From an uncultured Deferribacteres bacterium (GTDB taxonomy: Bacteria; Zhuqueibacterota; Zhuqueibacteria; Zhuqueibacterales; Geothermadaptataceae): DNA of 64,000 nucleotides. How positions within the stretch are numbered: position 1 is the stretch's first letter; every line of letters begins with the position of its first letter. The notes below the pieces were generated by a model. The model was not told where the DNA came from. It saw only the letters and a list, made by a program, of their open reading frames with translations, and did no database searches. The position numbers and the translations under genes are program-made. Location of the stretch: contig CAXHAT010000001.1 of the NCBI GenBank assembly GCA_964014485.1, positions 1 to 64,000 of the forward strand, in the 5' to 3' direction. Of this stretch, positions 38,671-47,541 are shown in pieces.

Positions 38671-39171
38671 CTATTGATCCACAGGCAGCGCAGGCGGCCC
38701 TGGAAGGTCGCGCTCTTGAGCTCCCGCGATCCGCGAAGTGAAATAGAGCAGTGTTCCGCCCCCGGCCGCGGCAGCGCCGATAATAAACCAGGGCAAGCCT
38801 TTTCCGCCGCCAACCTTCTTCTCGATAAAAGCGTCGACGACAAACCGAAAATCCTGCCCGTCCAAACCACCGGGAAAATCTTGTTTCAAATCCCAGATAA
38901 TTTTCAAATCCCTACCCGGTTTCACGCCTCTGCCCGACTCGCCCTGCACAGATTTACCTGTCAAAGGTATTTTTTTTCGAGACTCCGGGTTGAAAAGGGA
39001 AAGCACGACGGTGTACTCCTTTGCGGATTCTCCAATCAAATCGTAATGCACGACGACTCTGTGGTCGATTTGCTGCTCGAATCGAACGTTTTCCACGGTT
39101 AAGCTTTGTGCAAATGCTCCGCTCCCAATTAGGCAGAGCAAAAAAAGCGCCCGCGCTAAGTCCCAGTTCAT
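38671..39171 (-). CDS. Secreted Ig-like protein with a Gly/Ala TM segment and Pro-rich C-terminal tail
   Basis: Signal peptide; V.NVRFEQ..V.YDL...G.V.PG...I.WD; tail PWFIIGAAAAGGG..LPGPPALP. Confidence 0.75.
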   Translation of the reverse strand: MNWDLARALFLLCLIGSGAFAQSLTVENVRFEQQIDHRVVVHYDLIGESAKEYTVVLSLFNPESRKKIPLTGKSVQGESGRGVKPGRDLKIIWDLKQDFPGGLDGQDFRFVVDAFIEKKVGGGKGLPWFIIGAAAAGGGTLLYFTSRIAGAQERDLPGPPALPVDQ

Positions 39172-39583
39172 ATCAATGCTCGCAATTTCATATTTGTCAT
39201 TCGTTTTTGCGGTAACTACCAAAACGGCAGTTTCAAATTTTTTTTGTATGCAAAGCGTCTTGTCTGTCTGTATACAGACGCCTGAATTGAATTACGGAAT
39301 AGTATTTTCGTAAAAATTAGCGGATTATTCGTCAGGCCGATTACAATTTCGGAAGCTTCGGATAATTTTGTGGCTGTCGGAGCTGCGTTTTCTGCTTTAA
39401 AAAAGTGCGCCGCAGCTAAATCTTGCCAGGCATAGCGTTTGCCAAATACTTGAATGAGAGCGAGAAACCAACAATCACAGACTTTTGGGACGCTCTCAAT
39501 AAATTGCTAAGAAATCCATTTATCATCTGATGTTAAGCAGTTGGACAATGATATGGCATTTGACTGAAAACTCTGCTTTACGT

Positions 39584-39654
39584 GTCATTCCTGCGGAGGC
39601 AGAAATCCAGTGGCCGTGCACCATTTTCTGGATTCCTGCCTCCACAGGAATGAC
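39584..39654. repeat. REP-like palindrome doublet (GTCATTCC...GGAATGAC)
   Basis: gtcattcctgcggaggcagaaatccag...ctggattcctgcctccacaggaatgac; same subtype as 40-91. Confidence 0.8.
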
Positions 39655-39789
39655 CTCAAAAAACGTTTTGGGAGTCAAGCAGTTTTATTTTCAGTTGCAA
39701 TGTTCGACGCAACCAACAACCAATCTGCGACATGCATTATTTGGCAAGAGCGTAACATCAGTTATCATTCTAAACTTCAAGGAACTCAA

Positions 39790-40401
39790 ATGAAGCGCCT
39801 TGCAACTTTCAGCATTTTCTTACTCGGGGGCGTTTGGTGTTTGCAATCCGTTTTCGCCGGTGAAAAAGTCAGCGCGAAAATCGGCGTACAAGTTCTTTCC
39901 GGCGATCTCATCAAGCGCGCGCGTACGCACGACCGCCTCAAAAAGAATGACAGGTTGAGAATTTATGTCGAACCGGCGTTTGACGGCTTTGTCTACGTTG
40001 TGTACAAAGGGCCGGACGAAGTGACGCTGCTTTCTCCGCAAAGCGACGCTTCCCTTAAGAAAGGTCGTAGAATGACGCTGCCTTCGGCGAAAGAGTACTA
40101 TGAGATTGACGGCGAAAGCGCTCTGGAAAGCTTCACGATCATTTGCAGTCCGGAATCGCTCGAGGAGGTGGCGAACTACTTTTCAAACGATGAAAGAACG
40201 CAAGCGGAGTGGCTTCAGATCGAGCGCAGGCTTTCGGAAAAGAGCAAAATAGATTTGCATCAAAAAGCGGCCAAGCCTTTTGGCGTTGCGGGGAACGTAA
40301 GAACGCCTGAAGAAGAAGAGGAAAGACTGGTCGGAGAATTCAAGCAGCTTTTCGGCAATGGAATGATCGTTCAAAGCTACGAGTTTCGTGTTAAAAAATA
40401 G
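39790..40401 (+). CDS. Secreted DUF4384-like protein
   Basis: Signal peptide; LK.NDRLRIYV....G.VYV...LL.P...G....LP...E...IICS.E.L pattern. Confidence 0.7.
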   Translation: MKRLATFSIFLLGGVWCLQSVFAGEKVSAKIGVQVLSGDLIKRARTHDRLKKNDRLRIYVEPAFDGFVYVVYKGPDEVTLLSPQSDASLKKGRRMTLPSAKEYYEIDGESALESFTIICSPESLEEVANYFSNDERTQAEWLQIERRLSEKSKIDLHQKAAKPFGVAGNVRTPEEEEERLVGEFKQLFGNGMIVQSYEFRVKK

Positions 40402-42589
40402 TCGCTACAACAGCCGGCGAAAACGCCTCAAACTCATCGCCTTGCTCACATTGAGCTTTGCCGCCGGCGTTGTCGTTTTTTTTAAAATCCTCGGCTCGGT
40501 TTGGACGCAGTTCGACGACCAAACTCTGGATTTCTTTTACCGGGAACTGGCGGCTCGCGGCAAAGGCCCCACCGCCGGTGATCAAGTCGTCTATCTTATC
40601 GTCACCGATGAAACATACCAACGAATCAACGACGGCCAATATCGAAGCATTTTAGCCGAAGCCAATGAAGCGCTCGCCGAAATGTATCCGCAAGCCGTCG
40701 CCTTTGATTTTGTCTTTGCACGCGCCGGCTCGGACAGCATTGACCGCGAGTTCGCAGCGTCTTTAAAAGCTTTTGACAACGCCTACCTGCCCTACGGCTT
40801 TGGCGTTGAACCCAAGCCCGTGCGCTTCAAGTGGGAACAAGGCCGCGCGTTTGAGTATTTGCGCAAGAAAGACCGCTTTGCGCCAAAATTTGAAAACGGA
40901 AACGGCGCCCCCTTCCACGCCAGGCGCGCTATCGTCCAAAACGACAAATTTCTTTCACCGGATTTCGGCGCGGGACACATTAGCGCCGTCAATGATCTCG
41001 ACGGCATTTATCGACAAATATGCGCCGTCATCAAAGTTGACTCTCTTTTTGCGCCAACCTTGTCCCTAGCGATGTTTCTGGATTATGTGGAAGTGCCGCC
41101 GGATTCGCTGGAAATTCATTGGGGCAAGCATATTCGCATACCGGCGCTGACCGAAAGCTATCTCGAAAACGACGTCATTTTACCCATCGATCAATCCGGG
41201 CGAACCTTCGTTCCTTTTCCCGACGTCTGGGGAGAAGACTTTCCACAAATGACGCTGCACGGCTTGCTCGACCAACGCAAATCGGAAGACAACGCCGGAA
41301 ATTTATCGGCGTTTTTCGAAGGAAAATTTGTTTTTGTTGGAGAAGCCGCTACCGGCGTTTCCGACCTAGGACAGACGCCATTGGAGCCCGACGTGCCGTT
41401 GGTCGCCGTCCACGCGGCGATGATGAACGCTTTTTTACAGAATCAGTTTTATCGGAAATGGGGGTTTTGGGAGACCATCGCCGTTATCGTCGTTTCAGGG
41501 CTTTTGTTTGCTCTTGCTGCAATGATTCGACGCGCTAGCGCTTTGTACTTCGCCGGAGTGATTGTCATCGGCGCGCAAATCGCGCTCACTTTTTTTGAAA
41601 TGGACAACGGCGCGCTTTTCCCGCTGACGACGGTTTTTCGCGCAAGCCTGGTGTTCTTTATCGGCCTGCTTATCGGCATCCAAATATTTACTTCAAAAGA
41701 ACAAACCCAGCTTCGGAACGCTTTTTCCAAGTATGTTCCGGAAGGATTGATGAACGAAATCCTCTCCAAGCCGGAACTGTTGACCGTTGGCGGAGAGCAG
41801 CGGGAGCTCACGGTTCTTTTCGCCGACCTTGTTGGTTTCACGACTATTTCAGAGACCGTTCCCGCGAAAGTTTTCGTGCCCATGCTCAACGAGTATTTCT
41901 CGGAAATGACCAAGATCATTTTCGACGAAGGCGGCATTCTCGACAAGTACATGGGCGACGCCATCATGGCGGAATTCGGCGCGCCGTTGCCGGTTTCAAA
42001 TCACGCAGAATTGGCCGTCACTGCCGCGCTAAAAATGCAAGAACGCTTGCAGCAACTGCAATGGGCCTGGGGACGCCAAAATCTGCCGCCGCTGCAATGC
42101 CGCATCGGGATCAACACCGGACGCATGGCGGTCGGCAACATGGGCTCGGACATACTTTTTGATTATACAGTGATCGGCGACGCAGTCAATTTGGCCGCTC
42201 GCCTCGAAGGCGCGAATCGATTTTACGGCACTTCGGTCATGATTTCCGAATCGACGCTGAAAGCTCTGCCACAAGGCAGTTTTCGCACGCGCTTGCTCGA
42301 CATGGTGCGGGTGAAGGGAAAACGGAAAGCGATCAAAATTTTTGAAGTGCGCGGCTTCAGCGGAGAGGCGGTGAATCCTGTGGACGAAATGTACAGAGTT
42401 TGCTATGAAAACGGCATGACCGCCTATTTAGAGCGCAAATTCCAGGAAGCGCATCGCCATTTTACGCAAGCTCAGGCTATCCGCCCTAATGATCCAGCTT
42501 CCATCCTCATGTTAAAAAGATTAAGAACGGCAAAAGAACGCCTGGTCAGCGCCGACTGGGACGGCTCCATAACTCTCACCGAGAAATAA
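40388..42589 (+). CDS. CHASE2-domain class III adenylate cyclase
   Basis: CHASE2 (FDFVF, D.DG..R, D...TP..VH), 3 TM; LFADLVGFT, DKYMGDA, DYTVIGDAVNLAARLE with Lys/Thr ATP-specifying residues. Confidence 0.93.
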   Translation: MLKNSRYNSRRKRLKLIALLTLSFAAGVVVFFKILGSVWTQFDDQTLDFFYRELAARGKGPTAGDQVVYLIVTDETYQRINDGQYRSILAEANEALAEMYPQAVAFDFVFARAGSDSIDREFAASLKAFDNAYLPYGFGVEPKPVRFKWEQGRAFEYLRKKDRFAPKFENGNGAPFHARRAIVQNDKFLSPDFGAGHISAVNDLDGIYRQICAVIKVDSLFAPTLSLAMFLDYVEVPPDSLEIHWGKHIRIPALTESYLENDVILPIDQSGRTFVPFPDVWGEDFPQMTLHGLLDQRKSEDNAGNLSAFFEGKFVFVGEAATGVSDLGQTPLEPDVPLVAVHAAMMNAFLQNQFYRKWGFWETIAVIVVSGLLFALAAMIRRASALYFAGVIVIGAQIALTFFEMDNGALFPLTTVFRASLVFFIGLLIGIQIFTSKEQTQLRNAFSKYVPEGLMNEILSKPELLTVGGEQRELTVLFADLVGFTTISETVPAKVFVPMLNEYFSEMTKIIFDEGGILDKYMGDAIMAEFGAPLPVSNHAELAVTAALKMQERLQQLQWAWGRQNLPPLQCRIGINTGRMAVGNMGSDILFDYTVIGDAVNLAARLEGANRFYGTSVMISESTLKALPQGSFRTRLLDMVRVKGKRKAIKIFEVRGFSGEAVNPVDEMYRVCYENGMTAYLERKFQEAHRHFTQAQAIRPNDPASILMLKRLRTAKERLVSADWDGSITLTEK

Positions 42590-42767
42590 TCGCTTAACGG
42601 GCGCGTTGCACTTCAAGGCTCCCAAAGCGCCCCCCTTTCACCTCCCGTCTGTGTTAAAATCTGCACAAAACTCTATTTAACCTACAAAATGAAACAAATT
42701 CTCTTGACTCGCGTTTGTTTGTTCTACATTTTAGGAGAAAGGGCTGATTTTGACCACGAGAGAAAAG

Positions 42768-43097
42768 ATGAAACTTCTCACCCGCTCCGAAGAATTCCTG
42801 CTTTTGGCAATCTGGCGTTTGCAAAACAACGCCTATGGCGTGACGATTCGCGAACAACTGAAAGAGTCCACCGGTAAATCCTGGGCGTTTGGCGCCTTGT
42901 TCGTTTCGTTGGATCGTTTGGTAAAAAAGGGCTTTCTACAATCTCATCTCTCAGACCCAACGCCTGAACGCGGCGGACGCAGCAAGCGAATGTATCGCCT
43001 GACCGACGAGGGTATGAAAGCCTTGCTCGAAGTAAAGCAGGTCGAAAAAAAGATGTGGGCCGATTTACCGAATTTAGCGCCTGAGAAAACAAAATGA
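42768..43097 (+). CDS. PadR family transcriptional regulator
   Basis: EE..LLAI..L...AYGV.I..G.L...LDRL..KG...PTPERGGRSKR.Y.LT..G. Confidence 0.92.
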   Translation: MKLLTRSEEFLLLAIWRLQNNAYGVTIREQLKESTGKSWAFGALFVSLDRLVKKGFLQSHLSDPTPERGGRSKRMYRLTDEGMKALLEVKQVEKKMWADLPNLAPEKTK

Positions 43098-45664
43098 AGC
43101 CGCCTCGCCTTGCCGAAAAGCTCGTTTCAATCCTCTTCCCCGACGAAGGAGTCCACTCGCCGTCCGGCGACTTGGCGGAAGTGTTTGGCTCAATTTACGA
43201 AAAAAACGGTGCGCTGCGGGCGAGACTCTGGTACTGGAGCGAATGCTTGCGAGCCGTCCCCGCTTATCTCAAATTCTCATTTTTCCGGAGTCTTTCCATG
43301 CTAAAAAACTACCTCACGGTCGCTTTCCGCAGCCTGTACAAAAACAAGCTTTCGTCGATGATCAACGTGCTCGGCCTTGCCATTGCCATTAGTTGCGCCA
43401 TGGCGGTTTACTTGTTTCTCGACTTGCAATTCAGCATGGATCGTTTTCACAAAAACATCGAAAAAATCTTTCTGGTTGAGCATACAATCGAAAACGGCGG
43501 CAAGCGCGAGTTGTGGGGCAATTCGCCCGCGCCGTTGGCTCCGGCTTTGAAACAGGATTTCCCGCAAATCGAATACGCTGTGCGCCTGAGCGAAGCGCGA
43601 GGAGCGTTCAAATACGGAGACCGCATTTTCGATGAGCGCATCACTTTCGTCGATCCTGATTTTTTCAACATGTTCACATTCCCGCTGCTCAGGGGCGAGC
43701 CCGAAGCGCTGCGCGACGAAAGCGCGTTGATTTTAAGCAAAGAAATGGCCGAAAAATATTTTGGTGATGAGAACCCGCTCGGCAAACAAGTTTCCGTCAC
43801 TTTTGGCAACGCCCAGGTCGAGACTTTCTTTGTCCGCGGCGTTGCGGAAGAATTCCCCAAAAGCACGAGCTTCAACGTTGACATTTTTTCTGCTTTCGAA
43901 AAGCAAAGAGATTTGGGAATCGATCTCAACGACTGGTCACAGCCGCGAGGATGCGCGTTTGTCCAACTTTCCGACCCCGCCGACGCAAAAAATATCGCAC
44001 CTCAACTCGAGCGTTATGTTGAACGGCAAAACGCCGCTTCGCAGGACAGGTCTGTGACGGCTTTTCTTCTCGATCCCATGCTAGAAGCGATTGAGAAACC
44101 GCTGGAGATTCGAGGCAGCCTGATTGGCGGCTTTCATCCTGCAACGTCGATTATCATGTCGGTTGTCGGCATTCTTGTACTTTCATTGGCGTGCTTCAAT
44201 TTTGTCAATATCGCCATCGTCTCGGCGGCGCGGCGATTGAAGGAAATCGGCCTGCGCAAAGTCGTGGGCGGACACAAACGGCAGCTCGTCGGTCAATTTA
44301 TCGGGGAAAGCTTGCTCGTTTGTTTCATTGCGCTATTCGCGGGCGTCATGATCGCGGAGTTTTTTGTCGTTCCCGGCTTGAACAACTTGATCGGCTCAAC
44401 GCAATTCGAGCTTGAGTTTGCGGCCAACGGCTGGCTGTGGGCCTACTTGCTGCTTGTCTTGACGTTGACAGGACTCGGGGCCGGAGCTTATCCCGCATTT
44501 TACGTTTCTGCATTTCAGCCGGTGAAGATTTTTCGCGGCAAACAAACGATTGACGGCAAAAAGCGATTTACACGCGCGCTGTTATTGGTGCAGTTCGTTT
44601 TCTCCTTCCTGCTCATTTCTATCGGCGTGGTGCTTTATCAAAACGCTGAATATCAAAAAAGCCACGATTGGGGCTATAATCAGGAGCAGACGCTGGTCGT
44701 GTCATTCCCAAACGGCGATGCGCAGCAACGTTTTCGTAACGCCGCCGAGCAAATTCCAGAGATTATCGAAATGGCGGGCGCGGTTAATCATGTTGGCGCA
44801 TCAACCGGGCGGACAACGGCAAAATTCGCTGAAGATAAACACGACGTTGTCCGCTTCGAAGTCGGCGCGGGATATTTTGAGACGCTCGGTTTACGCCTGA
44901 AATCCGGGCGCGTTTTCGACCGCAATTTGGTAACCGACGTCGAAGAATCAGTGATCGTGAACGAAACTTTTGTCGAAGCGCTAGGCTGGGAAGATGCTGC
45001 CGGCAAACGCATAGAAAGCGAAGGCAAAACGTATCACATCATCGGCGTTGCGGAAGATTTTCATTACGCCGGTTTCCTTTTCAAGATTGAACCGGCGGTG
45101 CTGCAATTGGCCAAGGAAGAAAACCATCTTTATCTGGCTATGCGCGTCCGTCCCGGCGCGGCGGCGCAGACCGATGAAAAGCTGCGGGACTTGTGGGCGG
45201 CGCAAATCCCCAACCTACCCTACTCCGGTTTTTTCCAGGACGGCGTTTTCGACGCCTTTTTCCGCAGCGCCGATCGCGGCGCCCGCATGTTTGTGTTCGT
45301 CTCGGCAATTGCATTGGTGATTTCTTGCATGGGTTTGTTTGGCCTGGTTACGCTCAGTTTGGCGAAACGTATGAAAGAAATCAGCGTGCGCAAAGTGCTC
45401 GGCGCATCGCTTTCTCAGGTTATCGCGCTGGTCAACAAAGAATTTTTCTGGATTTTGCTCATATCAATTATCATCGCGGCGCCCTTGAGTTACATGGCCG
45501 CCGACGTGATGCTGCAATTCGGATTCAAATATAACAAGCCGTTGACTTTCGCGCCTTTTGCACAAACCGGCTTGCTCGTTTTGGGCACAGCCGCGTTGAC
45601 GGTGCTTTCACAAGTCTATCGCGGCGCCACGGCAAATCCAGTGGACGCTTTGCGGAATGAATGA
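43094..45664 (+). CDS. FtsX/MacB-type duplicated ABC permease with N-terminal prefix domain (ADOP-like), copy 1
   Basis: PPRLAE..GDL.E..WYW prefix; two KEI..RKV.G repeats; NPVDALRNE end; ATGA overlap with padR. Confidence 0.92.
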   Translation: MKPPRLAEKLVSILFPDEGVHSPSGDLAEVFGSIYEKNGALRARLWYWSECLRAVPAYLKFSFFRSLSMLKNYLTVAFRSLYKNKLSSMINVLGLAIAISCAMAVYLFLDLQFSMDRFHKNIEKIFLVEHTIENGGKRELWGNSPAPLAPALKQDFPQIEYAVRLSEARGAFKYGDRIFDERITFVDPDFFNMFTFPLLRGEPEALRDESALILSKEMAEKYFGDENPLGKQVSVTFGNAQVETFFVRGVAEEFPKSTSFNVDIFSAFEKQRDLGIDLNDWSQPRGCAFVQLSDPADAKNIAPQLERYVERQNAASQDRSVTAFLLDPMLEAIEKPLEIRGSLIGGFHPATSIIMSVVGILVLSLACFNFVNIAIVSAARRLKEIGLRKVVGGHKRQLVGQFIGESLLVCFIALFAGVMIAEFFVVPGLNNLIGSTQFELEFAANGWLWAYLLLVLTLTGLGAGAYPAFYVSAFQPVKIFRGKQTIDGKKRFTRALLLVQFVFSFLLISIGVVLYQNAEYQKSHDWGYNQEQTLVVSFPNGDAQQRFRNAAEQIPEIIEMAGAVNHVGASTGRTTAKFAEDKHDVVRFEVGAGYFETLGLRLKSGRVFDRNLVTDVEESVIVNETFVEALGWEDAAGKRIESEGKTYHIIGVAEDFHYAGFLFKIEPAVLQLAKEENHLYLAMRVRPGAAAQTDEKLRDLWAAQIPNLPYSGFFQDGVFDAFFRSADRGARMFVFVSAIALVISCMGLFGLVTLSLAKRMKEISVRKVLGASLSQVIALVNKEFFWILLISIIIAAPLSYMAADVMLQFGFKYNKPLTFAPFAQTGLLVLGTAALTVLSQVYRGATANPVDALRNE

Positions 45665-45717
45665 GGGATATTCTCGTGACAACTGCAGAGAGCCGTCACG
45701 AGTGTAAAAATGTAGTG

Positions 45718-45918
45718 TTATTTACGTCGATGTCGAGGTATAGGTGGAACGTTAAAAACCCCATTATTTTGATAAGAGTCACGAAGAGCGCGTGTCGGAG
45801 AATAAACATATTCGGGATTAGGAGTAAACTTGCCATTTTGTTTTTCAAGTCTTTCTCGTTCGCGCTTTTCATCTAATAATCGCTCAACTGGATCATTAAC
45901 TAGAGAAGAATAAAACAT
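45718..45918 (-). CDS. Small hypothetical protein (66 aa)
   Basis: AAGGAG SD before the ATG; lies in an AT-rich insert. Confidence 0.5.
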   Translation of the reverse strand: MFYSSLVNDPVERLLDEKRERERLEKQNGKFTPNPEYVYSPTRALRDSYQNNGVFNVPPIPRHRRK

Positions 45919-46377
45919 AAGTTTCGTCTCCTTAAATAATGCTTGGATGCCACGTATATACTGAGTCTTTGCTCAGCATATGGTTATGTTTAGGTGTTTG
46001 ATAAAAGATTCAGGTTTAATGCTGAAGCAACCTAAATCTATTCGAACCCATCTCAGATAAGATGGTCAATTAAAGTTACAAATTTCAATCAAAAGATCAA
46101 GAAACATTGAGGATAAGAAGCTTCAGGTTCGTCGAAGCTTTTCTTTTTGCTCGGCTTTTGTGGAATCCCCGATGCACCAATGCCGACACATTGCATCCGC
46201 CAACGATCATGGAAGAAGCGGGATAAGATCCTTGGGCACTGTTCCGCAGAGGATTATATAATTGCCCGGCAAGAAGAAAATCCCCCGCAATACCGAGGTC
46301 TCTTAGAATGAGATGGAATTTCTCTCTTTGACGCTCTTGTTTGATAATTCAAACCCGAATAACGAAGGGAGGAAATT

Positions 46378-47523
46378 ATGAGAAGCACTGAAATTTCAAT
46401 GAAGCCGTTTTCAAAATTCTGGGCAATTGCTTTGTGCGTTTGCGCCGGAGCTTGCAGCGACAAATTGCCGACAAGTTCCGGCGGAAGCGGAGGCAGAGCT
46501 TTCAGGCCGAGCGGCGATAACACGTCCGGCGCAGGCTTCGGCGTTTCGGGATTGCTGTTTGAAAACAACCTGATCATGTGGGATCGTGAAAATGACGGCA
46601 ATCGAAACGAGCTATTTTCCCAGATGTATTTCACCAGATTGGACGTTTCCGATTTCCCGGTCTGGGGCGCATTTCCGGAGCAATACCTCGCTTCCGGCGG
46701 CGTGCCGCGTGACGGAATTCCCGCGCTGGTTAACCCGCGATTTGTCTCAGCAAGCTCCAGCGAATTGAGCTACTTGCGCGATGATGATTTGGTTTTAGGA
46801 ACGGTCATTAACAATGAAGCAAAAGCCTACCCGGAAAACATTTTGTGGTGGCATGAAATCATCAACGATAAAGCCGGCGGGGAAGACGTCATCATGACTT
46901 TGTGCCCGCTGACAGGAACCGGAATGCTTTTCCGAGCGCCCGAAAATTCAAACAACGCTGACCGTCTTGAATTGATGCCCGTTGTAGAAACAACATGGAG
47001 AAAATGGCGGGAATTACACCCAACCACCAAAGTCGTTTCCGGCGACACGAACTTTGACAGAGACTACACCAACTACCCCTATTCCACCTATAGAGACGAA
47101 GAAGTTCCGCCGCTTTTTGGCATTAGAACAGGCCAATACAATTCACAATTCGCGCCCAAACACACGGTGCTCGGACTATTCGTCGGCGACGTCCAAAAAG
47201 CGTATCCATTTTCGCGCTTGGCGTCGCGGCCAGTCATTAACGACGAAGTTAACGGCAGCGAAATTCTAATCGTTTCCGAGCTTGACGAGAAGCTTGCAAT
47301 TCCTTATGAGCGGACGGTCGACGGCAGAGTCCTCACATTTAAGCTCGAAAGCTCAGAACCGTTTGTGATGACGGACAACGAAACAAACAGCTCGTGGGAC
47401 ATTAAAGGCCGCGCCGTCTCCGGCGAATTGCGCGGCAAACAACTGGTTCAAATTCCAGCCCATAACGCATTCTGGTTTGCGTGGTCGGTTTTTTGGCCCG
47501 AGACGCTGATTTTGGATCAATAA
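46378..47523 (+). CDS. DUF3179 family lipoprotein with rearranged motif order
   Basis: GGAGG SD; lipobox AGA-C; GG.P.DGIPA, AYP..IL.WHEI.ND, CPLTG and FWFAW..F.P.T motifs. Confidence 0.88.
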   Translation: MRSTEISMKPFSKFWAIALCVCAGACSDKLPTSSGGSGGRAFRPSGDNTSGAGFGVSGLLFENNLIMWDRENDGNRNELFSQMYFTRLDVSDFPVWGAFPEQYLASGGVPRDGIPALVNPRFVSASSSELSYLRDDDLVLGTVINNEAKAYPENILWWHEIINDKAGGEDVIMTLCPLTGTGMLFRAPENSNNADRLELMPVVETTWRKWRELHPTTKVVSGDTNFDRDYTNYPYSTYRDEEVPPLFGIRTGQYNSQFAPKHTVLGLFVGDVQKAYPFSRLASRPVINDEVNGSEILIVSELDEKLAIPYERTVDGRVLTFKLESSEPFVMTDNETNSSWDIKGRAVSGELRGKQLVQIPAHNAFWFAWSVFWPETLILDQ

Positions 47524-47541
47524 AAAGATGCGACCCAAACA

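Noticed and set aside
39480..39498. IS-end-like gacttttgggacgctctc
   Set aside because: No partner inverted repeat or transposase; too short to support
39530..39789. ORF 39530..39793 and the N-terminal extension of 39610..40401
   Set aside because: They translate through the REP palindrome; the signal peptide starts at 39790
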